DNA of 63,973 nt, taken from positions 1 through 63,973 of IMG/VR virus record IMGVR_UViG_3300032305_000764; one strand, given 5' to 3'. The DNA is from a virus. Its lineage: Duplodnaviria > Caudoviricetes. A program made the translations under genes and the position numbers. Position 1 is the stretch's first letter. Every line of letters starts with the position of its first letter. The notes under the pieces were generated by a model that was not told where the DNA came from, ran no database searches, and saw only the letters and a program-made list of their open reading frames with translations. This document shows, piece after piece, positions 28,804 through 37,828 of the stretch.

Positions 28804-31800
28804 TTGCTCTTTTAACAGTTTGAATGTTCTGTGTCAAATTACTTTCGGCTTGACCAATTGCAGTAATTGCATCGCGCTTTTCATCTGACTTCATGGGAGA
28901 GCCTTGAATGGTTCTCTTCATGTCTCTTAGATCCTTCATGGATTTTTCTAAGTCTGAAACGTAATCTTTGACCGCCAAAACTCCAACGTTCTTTTGCAGA
29001 TATTCCGCAAACTCTTGTGGCTTGGCGCTTCTTTCCAAAAGATTCATAGTCCTCACGGCGGTGTCTACCGAATCTTTAAGTTCGTAGTAGTTGGTTACGC
29101 TGCCCCGCGCTTCCGGGTCTAATGCAAACCGTTTAATAACGGGCATCTGTTCAAACCGTTTAGACGGTTTAGGACTATCTCCAAATTGATCCATGACGGA
29201 ATCCATCATGTCAATTGCATACATACCCATTGTTCCGGTGTACCCTTTGAGCATGTGATCCACCTTCATGGGGGATAGACCCAATGTCTTTCCAACAAAC
29301 TGCGACATCGCAGATGTGCCGGGGCCAACTTGGAATTCTGGATCCACATCCTTTAAACCCGAGTTCACAATTTCCCGCTGGGTGAAGAAGCTGTAATTGG
29401 TCATCACCTCTAGCAAAGGCTTCAACGTCTGGGGGATATATGCAGCCGGGCTCATTGGAATGAATCCATTCGCAGCCCTCCACATGGCCTTCTTGAAATC
29501 CTCCCCGGTATCGGTTCCAAAGTAGTAGGCAAGAATTCTTTCCGGAACTGTTTTAAACAGTGTTCCCACCTCAAACGGGATCGGGATTTTTATTCCAACG
29601 CCCGGGATGAGCCAGTTGTTGTCTTTTGTTTCCTGCTCTTGTTTTTCGTAGTCCGGGCTACCTGCCACTGCAAAGTAATACAGCGCACTTAGGCCCATCA
29701 TAGTCATGCCGCGAACAAAGAACTTCCTCTGTATTTCTTTGGCATCTGCGGTGTTCATTCTGCCAAATGATGCTCTATAGAAGATGTCCAGACCCTGCAT
29801 ACGGGCGTTCAAAAATGGCACCGCCGCCGTCAGAATCCGCACTACGGCAGAGCTTCCCTTGCGGTTGAAGTTCATCACCTCTAAAGCACGGTACAAAGCT
29901 TCCGCTTCGTTACCCGTTTCCTGTAACACTCGGTCGTAAACAGCCATACGGGTGGCGGCATCAGAAGCTGTACTTGCTTTTTCCAAACCTTCCCACAATG
30001 ATGTAAACGGGGTTAGGATGCCGCCGCCTTTGCCGGATTTTCTAGCAAGATCCTTAGCCAATGTCGCGCCCGACTGCTCTACGTTGGCGCTGAACTCATA
30101 CCCACCGATAATGCCCGCATCCATCAAAGCTTCAAACGACGGGCTGTTGCCTTTCATTGCTTTGGCAAAATTGATGACCGTACCTGCTATTGGGGTGGCG
30201 TTTGTACCGCTTGTTACGTATGCCGACAATGAGTCACGCAACAAGTTGGTCATGATAAACCCGGGATCTTTGGTCACGAGGTTTCTCAACAAGTTAGCGG
30301 GCGCTGACAAAATGCTCATAAAAGGAAGTTCAGGCATGTTTAAACTCTTCACCGCATCGACAAAGAGTTGATCGTTAGCCTGATAAGCCGTTTTAACGCC
30401 ATTCTCCAGAACCACAATCTGCTCCAGCGCAGACACGGCGTGGCCCGGTTGTATGTCTTGGACAATACCTACGTCCTTACCCACAGACACCGCCCTTTGA
30501 GCGGCTACATTCTTCATCCCCGCGCCTATGGCAGCATGTGTATTCCTAACCACCGTCTCCAAGAAATCGGCAAGAGGAGCCTCTCCTCCTTTAAGAGCTT
30601 TGGGCTTTTTAACTCCGGAGATAGATTGGAAGATGTTCGGGCCTAGGGTTCTTTCTCCGTCCATCTGACGGTAGAAGGGGATGTAGTCCGAGTACATCGT
30701 GTAAACGTCGGCATCTTTTTTGGATAGAACACCAGTATCTACCTGATATTTAACCAAAGCATTGTTGAAGCTTACCCATTCCTTACGAATTCCCTCAAAC
30801 TCAGGGAACTTCTGACCCAACTCCTGAGCGTGTTTTACGTCTTGAGGAGTAATAACTCTTTCTCTGCCCTCTTGAAGGAGACGGGCTCCACGTTTTACGG
30901 CGGAGTAGAACTGGAAGTACTGGTAGACCTTGGGGTCTTGGTATTGGGCAAGGGGTGCAAAGATGGCTGTGACGCCCTTTTGCGAATGATCTACAGTGGT
31001 AATTCCATTTCTAAGGATAGGAATTCCGCCCCGGCGGTCTCCCACACCCATGACGGAAGCCACCACGCCCGAATGTAAATCTGACATCAAGGCGGCAGAT
31101 TCTGCGCTGTTGCTTGCAAGAAGGGCCGCGCCGCCCATTTTCTCGGCTCGTAACTTATCTGCCTCGCCCAATCGGTTGTATCTATTGAGTGCCTGTTGTC
31201 GATAGGAAGAATAATTCTCCTGACCCAAAGCCCCGACCAATCGTTCTGCCCAACCTTTTGTTTCTCTAGTAGTAGTGACTCGTCCTACTGCTGCGTTAGC
31301 GGATGCGGAAATGTTAGGGAGACTGTATCGAATGTCGCGCTTTTCACTAAAGTCACCAAAGTTCCCTGTGGCGGACTTGACCTGATTGGCTTTAAACACG
31401 GCAAGGTTTTTCTTGACCTGACCAGTGTCATCTCTTAGCTCGTTTACATAGAAGGAATCAAAACCTAATTGCTTGAGGGCCTTTTGGACAGGCGCTCCCT
31501 CAATAGTTCGCCAATCTCCCTCGCGCATCTTTTCAAGGATTTTGTCATCTCCGACAAGCTGAACGACAGAATCCACATGTACGGGATTCTCAAAATCAAA
31601 TGGCGTCTCAGCTCTTACCCAGAGGGGGTAGATTTGATTTGGAACGGCAGAGGCTTTAGTCCGCATTCCTTTATCGCGGGCAAAATACTCCGCAGAATCT
31701 GCGTCTTCAGCTACAAAAATGGGATCGTTGTCGCGGAATGTAAAGAAGATGTTCTTTGAGCCGTGGAACATCAGCTTGGGTTTGCCGTCTTCTTTGAGCG

Positions 31801-34800
31801 TGCTTGCTCCTTGGAAGAGTTTAAACTCTCTGGTGTCGGGCGCAGTGATATCTTTGGTTGCTTCTACGGCGGCAGCAGCCGTGGGGAATGAGGTCTTTAA
31901 GCTATAGCGGACATCGCCAGTCTGCTGGCTGTATTTCTCAACAACTTTGACCTCATCTGGGTTGTAGCCTTGTCCATAATCCACAACAAGCTCAAGCTCT
32001 CCGGGATGACCAATCATGGCAACATGCTCAGGAGTCAAGTCCATCTCAACCACTGACATGCCCGTCTTTTTTGCGTTGGCTGGAATGTTTTTAAACGCGC
32101 GAGCGACGTCGGGATTTAATGTGAAAGAAGCAAACTGACTGCCCATTGAACCAGTTTGTATCTCTTCCAACTCTTCATTGGACATTAATCGGTAGCCCTT
32201 AAAGGCATCTCCAAGTTCTTTGCGAATAAAATCTTGAACGTCTTGGATATATTTCTTGCTTCCATCTACACGGTATAGGTCATACATGGCATTGCGGTCT
32301 CCAATGCCAGAAACGCCGCCAATCCATTGCTCTCTAATTGATTCAACGCCGGGCGGTTCAGAAATTTTTTCTGCTCTGTCAAATATTTCTTTGACTTGAC
32401 GCAAGCTATAGCGGACATCGCCAGTCTTGCCATAAGCCCCTGTGTTTCCAAGAACAGATTTCACTTGGTTTGGTTTAAACACAATGTAACTGTCGCCGCC
32501 GCCCTCAAACTTATTGTCGTACACAATGCTGTCGTAGCCTAGCTGTTGCAAGAATACATTGAGTAAATCAGAGCGTTCGCCATCTTTCCAGTCTTGATGG
32601 TCTTGCCATACTCTTGGTTCTGCGTCAAATTCATCCATCCCAACCTCTGCCTCAATATCAAACCGATCATTGAAGTAGTCGTTGATGGCTTCATCGCTGA
32701 TGCCTTTGATTTCGCCTTTATCGGCCTTGTCCATGACGGATTGCATGATGTCATCGACACCCCAGCGGCCCGAGCGGGTTTCTTCTAAGCGCAAAGGCTT
32801 CTCCGCCCTCACCCAGAAGGGCATCACATTGGGGCTTGCATTTCCACTACGCTCACGGTTGGCTTCATCTTCAGCACCTTTGACATCAATGCGTGATTCT
32901 GCTGCTTCCAGTGGGCCAACATGGAAACCCCAGCGGCGGTATTCATCCTTGCCATAGTTAACTCGTGGCGTATCAAAGTCTGAATATGTGGAATGAAACA
33001 ATGGCTTTGGTTTTCCATCATTGTCAACAACTACACTGTTTCCAAAGAACCGTTTAAACTCAGGCGTATTAGGTGCTGCACGCAGGCTATAGCGGATATC
33101 TGGGTTTTTGATATCGTATGTACCTACATTTCCAGTAGCTGACTTGATCTGCTCGGGCTTGATGGCAATCCAGTGTGAGCCGTCTTTAAACCCATCGTAG
33201 CCACCAGCTTGCAGCACGCGCGTCATTGCTGCTGGGGTAAAAGCGATGTTGGGGAAAATTCCCGGGAAATTGTTCCTTGAAGCCTTATCTTTGAAGATTT
33301 CCATTTTTTCAGAAATCCAATCTTCGTTAAGGTTAGGATTCTCTGCACGCAATTCTTTTTCAAACTGCCCCAACATCCGGTTATCAACATTACTGCCGCG
33401 CAGGAAGGGGTTCTCTATTTTTAGATAGACAGGCATGACGTTGCCGTCATCGGCCCCGTCTCCGCGATCAGCGTAGCCGGATGCTTCTTGTGCATCTGGA
33501 GTAAAGTAGAACCCGTCAGGATTTCCAGTGCGGTTGGCCTTTTCTCCAAGTTTAAATTCGCTAATGTCTTTGTATGTGCCGTGATACACCACCAACGGAT
33601 CACCATTCTTATCGACTACCTTGCTATTACCAAACCAACGTTTAAATTCTGGCGTATTAGGAGCCGCACGCAGGCTTAATTTACCCTTGGCAATCGGTAT
33701 GACCTTCTGTTTAAATTCTGCCTGATTGGGGACAACTATGGTGTCGCCATCTGTCTTAGGGTCATACTGAACAAAGAAGCCGCCAGTTTTTTCTACTGCA
33801 TTCTTTTCGCTCAGATTGCCAGCTTTGTTTCTCAATCCAACAATCACGCCCAAACCGTTGGACTCTTGTTTAGTTTGACTGCTCTCATCAAGGAATCGGG
33901 CGTCATAGTCATCGCCGTCCAAAACCCTGTATGTGGTTCCGGTCTCCTCGTCTTGTAAGAACTTAGGCAATGCGGATTTACTGGAAAACGCCATCGCAAC
34001 GTTCTGGCCTTTGTTTAAACGACGATCACGCATGGTGGCCCAGTTGTGGTCGTACCGGCCAGCCTTGTCCTTGAAGAAAACCTTTTCACCTTTAATGATC
34101 TGACCAAACCCTGTAGAAGAGAAGGTTAGGTGATGGTTGGGCGCTATCGGATCACTGCCCAACTTGGTGTAGTCATAGAAAGTTACATCCGGATTTGCTG
34201 CCATCAAGCCTTTAAACATGTCTGGCTTGAAGTCAGATGTAACATTTAAACGAATTGCTGGCGCGTAAATTTCTTTCTCAATGTTTAAGAAAGCCTTTGT
34301 AACCGGGTCGCGTTTTCTTTCTGTTGGTGAGTTGGCCCACTTAGAGAAAGAATCAATTTCACCCTGCAACAGGGTTGTGAACTCTTCTGGATGTACGATT
34401 AAGGCTTCAGTCTTTAAGTACTGCATCATGCGAGCAGCCGCACGGAATGAACTCTTCTTGATGTCGCCCACATCTTCTTGAGCCGCGCCGCCAAACATAA
34501 AGTTGCCGCCGGATGTTTCGCCCAAACACAAACCTTCGCAGATTGCTGAACGAGGACAGGTTGATACTTTCTCAGAGATCTGTTGGGCCGAAGCCAATCC
34601 CAATCCTAAAGAAGCAACGCTGTTTCCGTCATAGGTAAGGTTGTAGTCCCCCACCCGGGTTTTTTCTAGCTTGCCGTTTTCGGAAAGCAAAGAACTAACG
34701 TTGTGTTCTTTCTTCAAAAACTTACGCGCTGCTGCCACCATCTTCTTGCGCTCGGCGGGCGTGGCTTGTTGATACGCCGTGACCGCCGATGTGATGCGTC

Positions 34801-37800
34801 CCTCATGGTCGCCATAACTAAATTCTTCAACAATAGCCTCCCCCCGACCTTTTTGGATCGATTGGAGCTTCATCTTCTTGTTAAAGTAATCGCCTTGAGT
34901 TATGGGGATAAAGAAGTCTCTACGCCCGTTGTCATACTCTTTATCAAGCTGTAACAGTTCCGGATTGGCATAAATCAAGACGGTACTTCCATCTAAATCC
35001 TGCTCAAAGTTTCCGCGATTCCTTAGAATATCTGCGCCTACAGATTCGTTGGTAAGGTAAACCCTATTACGTCCTTCAGACGGCACAACTTTTTGGTTGC
35101 CAATCTTGACGGCTTTTTCTTTTGTGGTGTGGTAATAGAGGGTAACCGTGCCGTCTTTGTTGATTGGGACACCCAGCGCAGGATTGAACTCCAAATGTTT
35201 TTCTGGGTTGAACCTCTGTATGGAGTATTTCTCAGTGGAGACCTTGACCGGCCCCTCTGAAACATAAGGAAGAATGCCATTAGCCTCTTCGTAAGCTATA
35301 GCTTGTTCTTCTTCTGTAGGAGTTGCCTTCCAAGCATTCCGTTCTTGGGGAGCTTGTGGGCCGACCTTGGCTTGGGTGATTGGCTTCTCAGCTTTTGCTG
35401 TCTCTTTTTTAGCCCTAGCCTCTGGTTGGGGGAGGCTTAATTTTTCGTCTTCGGCAGCACGTTCCCTCCTGCCGGATTCCTCATTCATTTTCACCATGAA
35501 GTCAAGTTGGGCTTGCTCATCATTGGGGATGTGTTGTTCAACAGCCCTTAATAAATTTCTGACTGCTTTGGTTGCGTTGGCTTTTGTTTGGCCCACATTC
35601 CATGTAAGCGCAGCTTTGTCGGCGGCTGCCGATTTCTCATGCAGATCCCAAATGTTTTGAGGTACACCCGCTGGGGCTTGGCTGAATTTAACTTCGCCCG
35701 TAGCCTCTTTTGTCGGCTTAAGCTTTCCGGACTCAATCTGTTTAAAGATGTCATCCGCAGTTTGGAAGCCTGCACCCCTGAAAGAATTACGTAACGCCTC
35801 AAAGAACGCCTTAATGCGTTTAAACAAAGAAGCAATCATCCCCGGAGGAGGTTTTGCTCCTGCGTCAAAATCACCAAAAGCATCCGCAATAGCTTCTTCG
35901 ATGATCTCATCTTCAGACAAGCCCATCTGACGGTAGCCTTCTAAGCGGCTCATGCGCTTTCCGTCGATCTCTGTTTGTTGTGAGCCTAGGTATTTGTTTA
36001 CCCATTCTTTGCTGGCTCGGTCGTTTAAAACCTTAATCTGTTGGGGCGTGAAAAATCCCAAATCTTTTAAAGCATGAATGGATTCATGCTTCATAACCCG
36101 AACCGGATCAGGCTCGTCCATCGCCACGCTAATCAGCTTGTTGACATATTTGCCGCCAGCACCCTTTTCTAATTGGTCAACTATGTCTAAACCCACATCC
36201 TGTAGGTTAAACTTTTTAAGCATTGGCGCAAGTTGCGCTTTTAAGGTTTCCCTGCCCTGTTGAGCTGCGTATTGCTTTTGATACTCTTCTGGGCCGACTT
36301 GTTCTGCAACCATAGCCTCAGCCTGCCCGGGGGTCGGGAATCGCCCGATAACCTCATCCCCCTTGGTCAGAACATACTCATTCTGTATCTTTGTCTTAAG
36401 AGGCATCGCCACCGAGGTTAGGGGTGCAGACAGAGTTTGCACCTTATCCATCAACTCTTGTGTCTGGGTAGTTCCCTGTTCTTCCTTGACACGCAGGGTT
36501 TCTTGAGCCTGCATGTATTGTTCTGTTTGGGTCTGGCCCGTAGCCTCTAAAGTCTCGACAGTTGTGCGAGCCTTGTTGATGTCTTCGGAAATCTTGTCAA
36601 TCTGTTCTAAGGCTTTTTCTGCCTCAGCTTTACGAATATTGTTTAAACGCTCTAGCTTGGGCTGTACATCCTCTTCCTTCTCAACTTGAGTAAGGGGAGT
36701 CTCTGAACCTTCTGCGTATATTTGATAGCCTTCGGGAACTTCGGATCTGCCAACCTCTTCTGCGGTCGCTGTGTATCCTCCGGGAAATTCATAGGTCTCA
36801 GGCTCAAGTGCTTTCTGAGCTTCCTGCTCGGCTTGGAGTTGTTGCTCTGCCGCTAGTTCTTCTTGTTGCTCTCTTTCAACTTGTTGTCTGTATTCGGCTT
36901 GGGCTCCAGATCTTCCCAATGTGCGGGCTCCAGCACCAAACGGGCCACCAACCAGACCAGCGCCGTAAGCTGCTTCGCCATATTCTTTTAGAGCATCGTC
37001 GGTGGTTAAAGAAAGTCCGGCCTGTAAACGCTCCAACATTTGTTGAGCAACTTCAGTAGGAATCTCTGTGGCAAGACCCGTAATACCGCCACGGGTAACA
37101 GATCCCAGTATGCTTTCTTTAGCGGCTTTTTCCACCGCTTCACTAGCGCCTCTTTTGAGGAACTCTTCTGCCTGCGGGCCAAGTATTTTACCCAAGAGAC
37201 CACGGCCCAAAGGAATAAACTGCGACGCAACCTCAAGAGCCGCGCCGGGAACAGCCGCACCCAAGGCCCCCGCCCGAGAAATTTCAGGAGCTTTTTCTTC
37301 CGCCTGACGCTGAATATTCTGCGCGTACAACTGAGGAAGAGAAGCCAATCCAGCGCCAGCAACACCACCGATCACAGTTCCAACGCCCGGAGCAATAGCA
37401 CTACCCGCCATCGCGCCAAGACGAGCGCCACCCAAAGCGGCTGCGGTGTTGGGGAATTGTTCAGCTAAAGCAGATGGGATTTGAGAGATTGCTTCTCCGG
37501 CGGCAGGAAAGATTCCCCGCTCTTTATAAGCTTGAATAACCTTATCTAAGCTCGCTCCCGGGGCGTACTGTTCACCAATCTTTTGGGTGCGCTCCACACC
37601 CCTCTCTGCGGCCAGCTTGGGGTTGATAATGGATTCAAGCGCAGTCTCTAAATCGGAGCCATAACGCTTAACACCACCCATAAAGGCAGCGCCAACGCCT
37701 TCTTTGGGCTTAGGCTCAGCCCCCATTTGCTGATTTACAAAAGCAAAGATCTGATCTTCTGCCGTGCCCTCGGGAGCTTCAACGGAATAAATCTTCCCGT

Positions 37801-37828
37801 TGGGGGCCTGAACATCAAAAATAGGCAT
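28787..37828 (-). CDS. Giant polyvalent virion/ejection protein (HExxH peptidase-like region, several ART-like modules, GP88-like domain, LPD38-like C-terminus)
   Basis: 3013 aa; HESIH; repeated TPEFKR(W/F)FGNS..VD..G.P...H(G/S)T...KS..GN; C-terminal KDNNWLIP...IPIPFEVG...P.KVDHML.GYTGTMG. Confidence 0.85.
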   Translation of the reverse strand: MPIFDVQAPNGKIYSVEAPEGTAEDQIFAFVNQQMGAEPKPKEGVGAAFMGGVKRYGSDLETALESIINPKLAAERGVERTQKIGEQYAPGASLDKVIQAYKERGIFPAAGEAISQIPSALAEQFPNTAAALGGARLGAMAGSAIAPGVGTVIGGVAGAGLASLPQLYAQNIQRQAEEKAPEISRAGALGAAVPGAALEVASQFIPLGRGLLGKILGPQAEEFLKRGASEAVEKAAKESILGSVTRGGITGLATEIPTEVAQQMLERLQAGLSLTTDDALKEYGEAAYGAGLVGGPFGAGARTLGRSGAQAEYRQQVEREQQEELAAEQQLQAEQEAQKALEPETYEFPGGYTATAEEVGRSEVPEGYQIYAEGSETPLTQVEKEEDVQPKLERLNNIRKAEAEKALEQIDKISEDINKARTTVETLEATGQTQTEQYMQAQETLRVKEEQGTTQTQELMDKVQTLSAPLTSVAMPLKTKIQNEYVLTKGDEVIGRFPTPGQAEAMVAEQVGPEEYQKQYAAQQGRETLKAQLAPMLKKFNLQDVGLDIVDQLEKGAGGKYVNKLISVAMDEPDPVRVMKHESIHALKDLGFFTPQQIKVLNDRASKEWVNKYLGSQQTEIDGKRMSRLEGYRQMGLSEDEIIEEAIADAFGDFDAGAKPPPGMIASLFKRIKAFFEALRNSFRGAGFQTADDIFKQIESGKLKPTKEATGEVKFSQAPAGVPQNIWDLHEKSAAADKAALTWNVGQTKANATKAVRNLLRAVEQHIPNDEQAQLDFMVKMNEESGRRERAAEDEKLSLPQPEARAKKETAKAEKPITQAKVGPQAPQERNAWKATPTEEEQAIAYEEANGILPYVSEGPVKVSTEKYSIQRFNPEKHLEFNPALGVPINKDGTVTLYYHTTKEKAVKIGNQKVVPSEGRNRVYLTNESVGADILRNRGNFEQDLDGSTVLIYANPELLQLDKEYDNGRRDFFIPITQGDYFNKKMKLQSIQKGRGEAIVEEFSYGDHEGRITSAVTAYQQATPAERKKMVAAARKFLKKEHNVSSLLSENGKLEKTRVGDYNLTYDGNSVASLGLGLASAQQISEKVSTCPRSAICEGLCLGETSGGNFMFGGAAQEDVGDIKKSSFRAAARMMQYLKTEALIVHPEEFTTLLQGEIDSFSKWANSPTERKRDPVTKAFLNIEKEIYAPAIRLNVTSDFKPDMFKGLMAANPDVTFYDYTKLGSDPIAPNHHLTFSSTGFGQIIKGEKVFFKDKAGRYDHNWATMRDRRLNKGQNVAMAFSSKSALPKFLQDEETGTTYRVLDGDDYDARFLDESSQTKQESNGLGVIVGLRNKAGNLSEKNAVEKTGGFFVQYDPKTDGDTIVVPNQAEFKQKVIPIAKGKLSLRAAPNTPEFKRWFGNSKVVDKNGDPLVVYHGTYKDISEFKLGEKANRTGNPDGFYFTPDAQEASGYADRGDGADDGNVMPVYLKIENPFLRGSNVDNRMLGQFEKELRAENPNLNEDWISEKMEIFKDKASRNNFPGIFPNIAFTPAAMTRVLQAGGYDGFKDGSHWIAIKPEQIKSATGNVGTYDIKNPDIRYSLRAAPNTPEFKRFFGNSVVVDNDGKPKPLFHSTYSDFDTPRVNYGKDEYRRWGFHVGPLEAAESRIDVKGAEDEANRERSGNASPNVMPFWVRAEKPLRLEETRSGRWGVDDIMQSVMDKADKGEIKGISDEAINDYFNDRFDIEAEVGMDEFDAEPRVWQDHQDWKDGERSDLLNVFLQQLGYDSIVYDNKFEGGGDSYIVFKPNQVKSVLGNTGAYGKTGDVRYSLRQVKEIFDRAEKISEPPGVESIREQWIGGVSGIGDRNAMYDLYRVDGSKKYIQDVQDFIRKELGDAFKGYRLMSNEELEEIQTGSMGSQFASFTLNPDVARAFKNIPANAKKTGMSVVEMDLTPEHVAMIGHPGELELVVDYGQGYNPDEVKVVEKYSQQTGDVRYSLKTSFPTAAAAVEATKDITAPDTREFKLFQGASTLKEDGKPKLMFHGSKNIFFTFRDNDPIFVAEDADSAEYFARDKGMRTKASAVPNQIYPLWVRAETPFDFENPVHVDSVVQLVGDDKILEKMREGDWRTIEGAPVQKALKQLGFDSFYVNELRDDTGQVKKNLAVFKANQVKSATGNFGDFSEKRDIRYSLPNISASANAAVGRVTTTRETKGWAERLVGALGQENYSSYRQQALNRYNRLGEADKLRAEKMGGAALLASNSAESAALMSDLHSGVVASVMGVGDRRGGIPILRNGITTVDHSQKGVTAIFAPLAQYQDPKVYQYFQFYSAVKRGARLLQEGRERVITPQDVKHAQELGQKFPEFEGIRKEWVSFNNALVKYQVDTGVLSKKDADVYTMYSDYIPFYRQMDGERTLGPNIFQSISGVKKPKALKGGEAPLADFLETVVRNTHAAIGAGMKNVAAQRAVSVGKDVGIVQDIQPGHAVSALEQIVVLENGVKTAYQANDQLFVDAVKSLNMPELPFMSILSAPANLLRNLVTKDPGFIMTNLLRDSLSAYVTSGTNATPIAGTVINFAKAMKGNSPSFEALMDAGIIGGYEFSANVEQSGATLAKDLARKSGKGGGILTPFTSLWEGLEKASTASDAATRMAVYDRVLQETGNEAEALYRALEVMNFNRKGSSAVVRILTAAVPFLNARMQGLDIFYRASFGRMNTADAKEIQRKFFVRGMTMMGLSALYYFAVAGSPDYEKQEQETKDNNWLIPGVGIKIPIPFEVGTLFKTVPERILAYYFGTDTGEDFKKAMWRAANGFIPMSPAAYIPQTLKPLLEVMTNYSFFTQREIVNSGLKDVDPEFQVGPGTSAMSQFVGKTLGLSPMKVDHMLKGYTGTMGMYAIDMMDSVMDQFGDSPKPSKRFEQMPVIKRFALDPEARGSVTNYYELKDSVDTAVRTMNLLERSAKPQEFAEYLQKNVGVLAVKDYVSDLEKSMKDLRDMKRTIQGSPMKSDEKRDAITAIGQAESNLTQNIQTVKRAISELK
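31899..32427. repeat. 25-bp perfect direct repeat flanking one module of the giant gene
   Basis: AAGCTATAGCGGACATCGCCAGTCT at 31899-31923 and 32403-32427, 504 bp (168 codons) apart. Confidence 0.9.
33043..33676. repeat. 46-bp imperfect direct repeat at module junctions of the giant gene
   Basis: 33043-33088 vs 33631-33676, 39/46 identical, encoding SLRAAPNTPEFKR(W/F)F. Confidence 0.85.
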
